Assembly (NCBI GenBank): GCA_903813345.2
Contig: CAIIXF020000001.1
Coordinates: forward strand, 14,198,001 to 14,262,000
Origin: Owenia fusiformis
Taxonomy: Eukaryota
Length of the DNA stretch: 64,000 nt
Direction of reading: 5' to 3'
Position numbers and translations under genes: made by a program. Shown here piece after piece: positions 39,501-51,500 of the stretch. The notes below the pieces were generated by a model, which ran no database searches, was not told the DNA's origin, and worked only from the letters and a program-made list of their open reading frames with translations. Positions within the stretch are counted from its first letter, which is position 1. Each line of letters begins with the position of its first letter.

Positions 39501-42500
39501 ATGGCCTTTGAATACGTCTTATTATTTCATGTCACGTGTAATGTGTAGACCAATGAGAGAGTGGGGAATATGACAGTGATATAATAATGTGTTTCATTTG
39601 GTATTATAAAAAGCTAATTTCAAGATTTGATGACAAATTCAAAAGTTATTTTGTTGACTAAAATGAGGAAAACAATGAACATCAACAATGTATCAATATT
39701 TCACATCTATACACAAACCTGGAGGATAGAGGAAAGCATGTGTAATATTCTGCTCTTCAGAAATGAAGTCACTGCAGTTTCTGCCATTTTTAGCCCTCGG
39801 GTCTCCACGTACACAATCAGAGGGAAAAACACTGGGCTAAAAATCAAAATCAACTATTAGCAAAAAATTATGAAATCTTGGTTTTCAGATGGGGGATGAG
39901 GATCTATTTCTAAAATGGATATTTAAGAAATACTGTACATCTTTTTAAAAATTTACATGGATATTAACACCTTATAGAATGCACATGTTCAAAATCAAAA
40001 TATTTTGTTGAAATTATATTGAAACGTCACTTTCCCAAATTTTTCAGTTTTTCTGAAAGTCTGAAACTATCTTAAATTTCAAACCAGATGACTTACCATT
40101 TTATCATAAATGAAGGTGGACAGAAGTGGCATTCTGAATTGGGCATTGTATGTATTGACATAGTCCCTCTGTACAAAATAGCAGCTAGAATTGGGGGAGT
40201 TAATACCATAGGGATGATGTTTGCTCCAGGACTGAGTCACCTCCTCTGCTGTTAGTTTAAGTTGTTCATTAAGCTCACTCTCAGATTTCATTGTTAGATT
40301 CTGTAACATACCAAAATACAATATTGCTATACCAGTAAATTACTTATAAATAAATTATGTAAAATTGAAGGAAAATCGTATATTCTAGTGGCTAAACAAC
40401 AACCTGAGAATGTCCCAAAGATTTGCAATTCATAAAAGTCTGACAAAATTATTTTCTGTAAATTTCGGTAATATATTAATAAAATATAATAATTTGAGAG
40501 GGATTGATACTGCCGACTAGATGAACTAGAAAAACAGCAACTCCACGGAGTAGCAAATCCCACCAAACAGCCACCTTGAAAATTTCTTCTCAAGCAGAGC
40601 TCCTTTATCTAAAGGCATCAGTATATAAATTTGAAGTAAATCCGTCCAATGGTATTTGAGTTATCAAAGATTACCTTTTTTATGAAAAATGGCAGCCATT
40701 TTGAAATTCAACTGACCCCTTTGAAATTTCTTCTGAAGCAGATCTCCTATTTCCCTAAACATCAGGATATAAAATTGGAACCAAATCCATTCACTGGTAT
40801 TTTAGTTATCAATGATTATGTTTTTTTAACGAAAAATGGCGGCCATTTTGAAATTTAGCTGCCATCTTGAAAATCCCTTCTCGAACAGAGCTCCTATGTC
40901 CCTAGGCATCAGCATGTAAAATTTGAACCAAATCCATTCAACAGTATTTGAGTTATCAAAGATAACATTTTTTACAAAAAAATTGGCCGCCATTTTGAAA
41001 TATGGTTGCCATCTTGAAAATGTCTTCTTGAGCAAGGTTCCTTTGTACCCAGGCAACAGCATATAAAATTTGATCCAAATCTATTCAATGGTATTTGAGT
41101 TATCAAAGATAACATTTTTTTACGAAAAATGGCCGCCATTTTGAAATATGGCGGCCATCTTAAAAATGTCTTCTCGAGCAGAGGTCCTACACTCATAAGG
41201 CATAAGCCTATAAAATTTGAATGAAATCTGTTAACTGGTATTTGAGTTATTGCCCAGACACACGGACAGACGGATGAACGGACGGACCAACGGACGGACG
41301 GCTTTTCTATATCCCGCTCGAACTTCGTTCGGTGGGATAACAATTTCTTCAAATTCTACTAATAAATCCATGATGAGGTAATTCCCAATTCCATTAATTT
41401 TTGTGTATTTTAGGATCAGTGTTAGAGGTCGAGCAACTTTAATTACAGTATGTATGGTGAATGTTTTGATATTTATATACATGTAGATGTACATAGTACA
41501 AGCAAGTAATTTTTCAAAGTTCAATATCACATATTATATTTACCCTCAAATTATCACAGCTACAATCTGTTACCACATCACTTTGGAAATCCCCAGAACA
41601 TGACACATCAGACACTTCTCTGATTGGCTGTGGCTTTGGTGATGTCATAATATAGTTGAGAGACCCCTTAGTGCCATTGTTAGAAGCTGGCTCAACATCT
41701 AGTAAATCTAAAAGTAATGAAAAACATTTGCATCACTTACTTAACTGCTTCTTAGGCTTTAAATGTTAATTTGATAATTTACAACATTAATAAAATGTAA
41801 CCAGTTGTGATTTTTACATATTGATTATAGAGCTAATCAGTCTATTTTATCAGGTACAAAAAGGACAAAAGGTAAGTATGGGGTAAATGATAATTCAACG
41901 CTGATGATAAGTTACCTGCCATCATGTTATACAGCTCAATATTTTCCAATGGTTCCATATCAAACTGGGATTTGAATCCAGGACCATGAGCAGTAAACAA
42001 AGCCTGAAATACAGTATATGTACATGTACTGTGCATTCAATGAGTATTTCACGAGAATCATGACAATGATTACCATATAGACTATACAATTACTTAAATA
42101 AACATACTGATTGTCAAGAAGAGCCAGGGGACTGTGACTATTCTCACTTAAAGTTGCTTAACTTCAAAACATTTCTTATCTTAGTCAACCCATATATGGA
42201 CAGGGCTACAGCTGTGCCTTCAGATATATTGAAACACTTACATGCATGGCATCAAAATTGTTGTCCCATCCATGTGCCCCTTGATTGTTGCAATTGTATG
42301 ACCCTTTCCTAGAAACAAAATACAACACAATGTATTTATGACTACTAATTGTAAAATCAAACATGATATTTCCAACTAAAAATCTGGCGCTTATAACTGA
42401 TATGAACCCAGAATTGAAATACATTTATCACTTGCAAAGGTGTACTAGCAATGGAACTCAGGGTAGAACTAAACAAGCCATTAAAATGCAAAATGTCACC

Positions 42501-45500
42501 ATCCGTGTCATTTGTTACAGACACCAACCACAAAACACCAACTACCAAACATTGTCCATAAAAATGTTGGAAACTATAACAATATGTCACCATTTCTGGA
42601 TATTATGAGGTTATATAATGGTTGATTCCCTATATCGTGTTTATACTCAAGAGAGTATATGATATATTCACGAGTGACCGAAGGGAACGAGTGAATATAT
42701 CATATACTCACGAGAGTATAACGATATACAGAATCAACCATTATATGATCTTATTATCCCACCCTAATCTTTAATCAATAAAATGTTAATCTAAATTCAT
42801 CAACAGTTGTATATCAAGTCGAAGAGTTGTATACGCTGCCCAGGAGTTGTATACGCTATCCAGGAGTTGTATATCGTTCTCAAGAGTTGTATACGATGAG
42901 TGTTGGTTTTATATTGCAGTTATACAATGCTATTATACAATCATATAAAGCACTTAGGGTGGGATAATATAAAATACAACATACACCAATGCTGTACCTA
43001 AAAACAAGCCATTTGTCTTTGTTCTTTAAGAGTACTTCATCAATTCTTTTGTTATTTGCATGGTGGAGTCTTTTAGGAGCATCTTCTTTCTTATACACCA
43101 ACAGTCTTTCATCTTTACACTCTAGGTGAGCAGTAATGTTGTCTGCTGGTTCTAGAAAACATAAAATCTATGAAACAAAAACCGACAAAACGATAATTTC
43201 ATACATAGAACTGCACATACATTCACAGGGCTCTGAATTTGTTTCACCGATGAAAATCATAAAATGTTTATGTTTATAATCTAAAAAATGTGCACATTTT
43301 GAAGAAAAATGCCAACCTTGTCTCATCAGAAAGATGCTGCAAATCAATGAATCATGCATTTTATTTTCTCTTATTCAAATGAACATATAACACTGACTCA
43401 GAATTTTTTCAAGTTATTTTCATGGAGAGTGATTGGGGTTGAGATTCCAAATAAATTCCCCTTTCATCTTCTTGAAAGTATCAACTACTTCATGAAACAA
43501 ACAAAGGAATGAATGGGCAGACAGATGCACGAGCCAAGTGCCAGTTTTAATAAATATACCTATAACATGTATAACTGTTCTTGGTGATGACAGAAAAATT
43601 AAATTCTGATTCTGAGGAGACATTAAGTTATTCCATTTAAAATGGACACAAACCTGGATTATCGACATGCACATATTCTCTATTCTTGTAGAGATACTTG
43701 CTGGTAATCCGACCTGCCTGGCCCTCAAATATATAGTAGTTGTTCACATCTATCCAACTATCCAGTCTATTTGTCTTAGAGCAACTTGTCTCCTGCATTC
43801 CTGTAATAAAAACACTCCAAAATACAATGAATAAATGGACATGTACTGCAAATTAGCTGTTTGCCAACAATGGCCAACACAGGCTTATTAAATCCCTTTA
43901 AATTTTACATGTACGTTATAATCAATTTCTGGATAGGTTAGCAAAATAAATAGCTCAAGGCTATAACAGAACACAAACCTAAATTACCGGGCATAGAACC
44001 CCCTCCCCCAAAAAATGCTAATAAGTTTAATATCTCTGAACAACATTTTCGTACAAAAACACTACTGTATCAACATTAGGTATCTCCATTAAAAAAATAA
44101 TTACATTTGTAATATTCAACAAACAGTCAACAAACCAAAATTTAGATACAAAAATAGACCACCAAACACCATCCACAAAAAAGTCCACAAAAAAGACTAT
44201 AACAATATGTCACCACTTCTGGTGCTATCATAAATCATTTAAAAAACAGTTAAAAATTTGGAATAAAATAAAATAAAGTCCAAGTACAACGCTATCACAA
44301 ATCCTTTAAAAATTAGACTGATCATACATGTATATCTACCAATTAATAATTAACTTGTTGAGTCACAAATCTCAAATTAAGTTCAAATGTACTAGGCCAA
44401 TTAATTATTAAAAACTTAAAAACAGGATATGATGACAGATTTATAATCCTCAAGATAAATTTAACTTCAATTTTAGAGTAGCTCTCCATGGCCACAAGTG
44501 TGCATGCTTAAACATCAACTATAACAAATTGGGACTTAAAATCGTATGCCACTGTGTATTAAGGAATAAGGATGTAGAAGAGTTAGATTATAGTACAATG
44601 GAAACTAGCATAGTAAAACCTGCAGTTTAATAGAATTGTTTAGAAGTATTATTCATACATTATATCATCATGGCAGCTAGTAGCAGAAATAGACCTAATC
44701 ATAGTAGTGACTCAGATTCAGACAATTATGTGAAAACCATTCCTTTAATGAAGAACACTCTCACTGCAAATGAAGAAGAAAATCTCTCTCATCATATAAC
44801 TGAAATATACAACTCAGCTAAACTGAAACACAGCCAAGAAGAGCTAGACAGACATGTAGAATACATCAAGGCTCGAGTTATACAACCAATTCTTAATAAA
44901 TTCAATGAAATGCAACCAGCATTAGCAGTGGATGACGTACATGTACTACTGAATGGAAGCATGTCAAATAGAAGTAAAATAGGAACACCATGTGAGTGTG
45001 ATTTTGTCCTCCCCATGGTGCTCTCCAGACATGTACTGATATCTCTTATAGATAGTAAATCACAGGAATACGATTTTCCTGGTCAGTTAGATGTAGAGTT
45101 ACCTGATGATCCTCACACAGATTTACAAAATCTCAATAAGAAACATCCAGGGTTAATAAAACACAATTCACTTGATTCGGAGGAATTAAATAGGCTCATA
45201 CTTTTAACTGTTTCAAATTGTTTGTTACAACTATGCACTGAGGGTATACTGGTCTACAAGAGAGAGATATATATAAAGAAGCCTGTATATGTAGAATCAT
45301 ATCAGCTGAAAGAGAACGAAGTTATCCTGTATAACAACTCACAAAGTCCCTGCATCCAACTAACAGTGTGGGGACCATTGTGTGTAACAGACATAGACCT
45401 GGCATTTTGTCTGAAAATACTCAAAATACCTCAGCTGCCTTGTAATAAGGACAGTTTCTATATGGCATTGCATGGCAAAAACGGGTGGATGAAATCTTTT

Positions 45501-48500
45501 TATGAGACACCAAACTTGAGAGCATCAAGGATAGATGATCGTCACAGGACTGTACTGATTGCATTAAAATCCATGCTTTCACAGTATCAGAAGGCAACTA
45601 GTAATAAAACAAAGTTACATTCACATGCACTGTTCACCTTAGTAAGACACCACCAAGAGCAATGTAATAGCAGTGCACATGAGCAACCAATTGGAAATTG
45701 TTACATTGACATCTCACACAATCTATGCAAACTGCTGTTAAGATCTGTACAGAATAACACAAACATCGAGATAAGTAATACAAAATGGCTTGACGATCTC
45801 TTTGATAAAGACAATCCAGATATGTATATTTATAAATCAGGTGATGATACTCACTGGTCTGCAACACAATTGTTCCTACTTGTAGTATACATTCTCACAG
45901 AACTACTGAAATCAACATGTGTTAGTTCTCATGCATACTACTGTGAATATCTGGAGCTGTTGTCTAAAGAGTGTGTGCTAGAACACATGAAACAAAGTAT
46001 ACTCCAGAATCCAGACAATGCTTTTACTTTTAGTGAGAGGGAAGAGATCCTATCTCATGAGGATAAGAGAGAAATGATTATAAAACAATATAACCTTGCA
46101 AATAATTATTCAGTTGTAGTTGACACAGAGAGAATTCTGACAAGATTGAATCTTAAGAACAGCTAGTTGCAATCCAACGTTGATTTTAATAACATGGAGT
46201 CAAGAGTTAGGTGAGGACAATACTGAACTTTACTCATATAATCATGAACTTTTATCTCAGACAATCCCACCAGAATCAAGCAGTTCAACACATTGCATAG
46301 AGCCCAGTGTATGTGAAGACAATACAGAGCTACAAGAACTCATAGTATCAAATGAATCTGAGAATGAAGTTGGACTGAAGAATAGGAAACGTAAATGGAA
46401 GTGAGATAATTATAATTATTATATCATTGCTAGAAATCATGTGATTTGATTGTCTGATTAAGTACCGTGTGATCAAAAATACCAAAGCATATTTCACAGC
46501 TCCCTCAATTTGTGGATTATTGTCTGGCGTATTGCCCATCTGGGAATTGTGACAACTGCACTGGACAAAAATAAAAGTGTACTATACAATGATACTTGTA
46601 CGTAATTATGTTATCTTATGGGTTTATGATATATCTATTGATTATAATAAATGTTTACAGGTTAAAACAAATATTTCATGTTTCTTTAAAATGCAAAGTG
46701 ATCGCAGAGAATGTCTAGCAATGATATAATAAAACAAATATTTCATTCTATGTTTGGACAATACCTAATAAACGAATATGTTGTAAAACCCCAAAAACAA
46801 GTGATGGCTGCATTGATTTCATTCAATGTTCCATGATTTCTCCTCTCCACTGATATGTCACTTAATTATTCATATGTGGTAATGATTGAACTAGAAATTG
46901 GTAACTCCACGGAATAATATTCATGAATCTGTATATATCAAAATGTATTATTTACCATCATCTACTGTACCCATGATTTGCTGATAATAAAAGACAGATA
47001 TTGGGGATATATAAGAATTTCCCCAAATTATTATAAATTAAGCATTTAAGTGACCATTTTGGAGTTTTCACCCTTAACAGTTAGGCTTAAGAGAATTACA
47101 CCAATGTTAAGGGGGGATCAAATCTATGATCCTGAAGACGAACAATCATATGAGGGTGGTTTAGGTATCATTGGAAAGGTTATTCAATTCCCAGTATTTT
47201 GAACCTACTTATTTATGAAGAAATTCATATTCTAAGAACATAGGGGTTTATTGTTTTAAGACAAAACTATTGACAATTTGGGCATATCAGTAACTTTAAC
47301 CAACTCTAATAATTTTTTCTCTAAAACATGACTTATTCAATATCAAGGTAAGCCAGAAACAGGTCAAAAGACCAAATAAGAAAAAAGTTATCAAAAAACC
47401 CTTAAATCCCCTAACTGTTTAAGGGTCAAAGGTTACAAATTAAAAAGGCAATGTAATTCTTGAGATCTAGTGTAGTACAATGTAACCATATTTTGAAGAG
47501 ATCTCTTAATTATAGCAAACTCGCGATTTAGGCAGCCACTGTGAATTTTCTATGGCACAAATCAGAAGAGCAATATCTTAATTGTGATCTACTCTAAAGT
47601 TCCTTCAATTTGAGTATAGCATACCATTACTATAGATTATTATGAGGTTTTATAATGCTTGATTCTGTATATCATGTTTAGACTCAAGCGAGTACGAGTA
47701 TAAGATATATTCACAAGTGACTGAAGGGAACGAGTGAATGTATCATTTACTCACAAGAGTATAACGATATACAGAATCAACCATTATATGTTCTTTTTAT
47801 CCCACCCTAAGTGCTTTACAAAAAGCTTTATATGACAAAAGAAAAAATCAATAAAAAGTTATCTAAATTGAGCAGTTGTATATCAAGTCAAAGAGTTGTA
47901 TACGCTGCCCAGGAGTTGTATACGCTATCCAGGAGTTGTATATCGTTCTCAAGAGTTGTATACGATGAGTGTTTGTGTTATATTGCAGTTATAAAATACT
48001 ATTATACAATCATATAAAGCACTTAGGGTGGGATAAAGAAGAGATACACAACCCCTATTCATATATATACACCTTTTCACCAAATATTTCTTAGACGGAC
48101 AGACAGAGTGACGGAGGGACAGATGGGTTTCCATTGTTCGTTGAGATAAGTAAATGATCCAGCATCTCAAAGTGTTCACCAAACCCTCCAAGGCTATTTA
48201 ACAACTTAGTGGTTTTAACATTAATATGATACAAATGACTGTACCATGATCTGAGACCAAGACTAGGTTAACACACTGGTCCATCCTTCTAGCCAGCAGA
48301 CCATCCATCAGTTTCCCTACAAGTCCATCCATTCTGGCCAATACAGGGGGAAGCTGAAACAGTAAAATTGTCAGTATGATGAAGTGAAACATTGAAGAGT
48401 AAGTATGGTCAAACAATTTGCAAATTTAAAAAAAAAATAGCCATCAAATACTCTCCGACATACAAAGGAAATGATTTGTTTAAAATGAATTTATTTCAAT

Positions 48501-51500
48501 TTACAACAGTAATAAGAAAATAAAAAACATTTAAATGCTTCAATAATTTTGACCACAATATATCTCACCATATAATACATAAAGCTATTTAATTGTCAGC
48601 ATAACGAACCTCAGGTCCAAATGGACTTTCTTTATGGCCAGTAGTGTCAGGCTCAAACATATACATAGAGATAAACTCTGGCCTTTCCTCCTTTGGTAGA
48701 TCCAACCAGCCCAACACCATGTCCACTTGGTACTCAAATGATATGGAACTGACAAGAAATATTCATAATATACAGGGTGGGCCAAAAAAAAACGCCACTT
48801 TTTTTTCAAGACACTACAACTTTTTTATTTTCCAACCTACATACCCCAAATTTTGCAGTTATATAGTGCCAGGGGTTCTTAGCAATAATATAATGTAACA
48901 AGTCCTTCAACATGGATTATATTTGATCTGAAAGAGGAGTTCAATTGGTCCGCCACCCTATTTGATGATCGATTTTAGTTTTAGTCTCTTTGCTGATATA
49001 CCAGTATCAATGAAATGTTAGCTAAGTTTTTTTCAACCTGTCCTAATTGCCAGCTTTAGTTGAGTAATTTTTTAGAATGGGTGCCTTAATACAATCTCCT
49101 GGAGACATTCCCATACCCTATACTCACTGGGGTTTGCATCAGGCCCATTAGCTTGGCTGTCATCAGTTCAGGAACATTTTGCAAATTATGCTTATTTCTC
49201 ATGGCACATCACATGTTTAAGTGAGACACTGGTGACATATTTTATTCAAGTAAAAGTATATAATTCATGATCCATGGCTAGACAACAACTTCAAGTTTCA
49301 TTTGGTATACAAATTATGATTTTGTATCAAAAATTAAAAAAGTTATAGCATTTTGAAAAAAAGTGGCGTTGGCCCACCCTGTACATGAACTATCAAAAGT
49401 ATCGAAAAATAGAATTCGAATTTTGTTAAAAGGCTTAGTGTTGTGCATTAGAGAGTTTTGTAACAGTTAAGTTATACAAGATAAGATATTTGATCCAAAC
49501 ATTTATTCTAGTTTTTTATATTGTTCCTTTACACATTTGTGACAATATGCTTAACTCACCCATTATATGGAACATATATATCTGGATACATGCCTGAAAA
49601 ATAAAAAACAAAGTTTCTTTTGTGTATGCTAAATGTATGTACTTTTGTATAATGCTTAAACGTTTATCCAGGGAAAGATAAAGAATATATTCTGAAGGAA
49701 GTTATTTTGTATTGATGAAAAACCATATTCCAGATTTTTAAAGTAGAATGTGCCTTATAATTCCCAGGCATTCATTAAAAATTTTAAAGTACTTTGAAAA
49801 GGAAACACATTTATTTTGAGGGAAAAGAGGTATAATTTATCAATTTGTCCAGTCAAATATATACAATTTTTTATCCTCAACAATAAATAATCTCCAGGTG
49901 ACAAGAAACAACATTATTAACAAAGGGAATTAATAACAGTTTTTAAAAACTGTCAAATCTGCATTTTATTGAAAGTACTTTCAGAATAATGCCTATGGGT
50001 ATTTATTACAAAGGAAACATAGGCCTTAGTTTAATTAAAATGTACATGCATCCAAAAAGATATATTAAGTGTGTGTATGTGATGTCACCTTGTATCTGAA
50101 CATCACAGCCTGGCCACATAAAAGATGCTGATTTCTTGCCCTGTTTCTTCATAGTATTCCATAACTTCAAGAATAAAGCAAAAACACTGAAACAATGCAC
50201 ACAGTCAATAATATTGTTCCTAAATGTGATATGTAATCTTTAATTCTTAATAAATAACTAGAAAAACAGCAACTCCACGGAGTAGCAAACCCCACTGAAC
50301 AAAGCAAATTTTGATAATTAGTGGCAATCTTAAAAATTTCTTCTTGAACAGAGCATATCAGCGAATTAAAGGACGATTCTCGGTTTGGAGAACGAAGTTC
50401 ATCAATCTAAATGAGCATTATCCCTGCTTCAGACAAATTTGATTTTTTTACATAATATAGATTTAAATGTCTTCTTTTGAATAGTCATAATCTAATTTGG
50501 GTAATATTTCTAGATTCTTCGCAAAAAAATATTAGCGCAGTACACTGATGAGCTTCTTTCCCCAAATCGAGACTTGTATTCTATTGAATCTGTCTATTTG
50601 AGCGTTATCCCTGCTTCAGACCAATTTGTTATTTTTACATCTTGTAGATTTAAATGTCCTCTTTTGAATATTCATAGTTTAATTTGGGTAATATTTCTAT
50701 ATTTTTCATGAAAAAAATTATTAGCCCAGGAGACTTTTCTCCAAACCGAGAATCGTCCTTTGAACCAAATCACTCAACTGGTATTTGAGTTATCAAAGAC
50801 TTATGTTTTTTCCGAAAATGGTGATCAATTCAGAAATTCAGCCACCATTTAAAAAATCTTCTTGAGCCAAATCCATCAACTGGTATTTGAGTTATCAAAG
50901 ATTACATTTTAATGTCAAATGGCAGCCATTTTGATAAATAGCAGCCATCCTATGTTTGGACGGACAGAGGGCTTCACTATATCCCTACTGAACTTCATTC
51001 ATTGGGATAATTAGCAAATCAGTCTACATACTGGTTCCCCTTGCCACCATCTTGGGTCAAACTTGCTTGGTCTACTAAGCGAGAATCTATCTCTCAGTTC
51101 CATGTCATATATTGAATTGTCAACTATACCATGTGACTCTCCATATAAGCCCTGAAAACCATATAAATACCATTGATAAATATGTACGTTTTATGAATGA
51201 TCATATATAGTTTCAATGTATAATGTCAGAACAAGCTGGGGAAATAAATGCTCGATGCTAGGGGAAATAATATTGTCTCTAGTCAACAAAGTTTCAAATT
51301 TTAGACAAACCAGCCAGGTAGATATTCTTTTTCTTAATTGCTAATAAAAGACATTTTACCTTTTTACCATTTCTAAAAATAATTATTTATGATCCCATTT
51401 TCTTTAAATATTTGATAGAATAGGCTGTTAAATGGATTCATATATGACATAGATAAATACTTACAGTGACTATACTGTAATGATTTGGGAATGTCTTGGA

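Noticed and set aside
42601-48040. Two palindromic repeats as ends of a composite transposon carrying the cGLR
   Set aside because: The interval also contains two required ENPP exons, so independent insertions are more likely.
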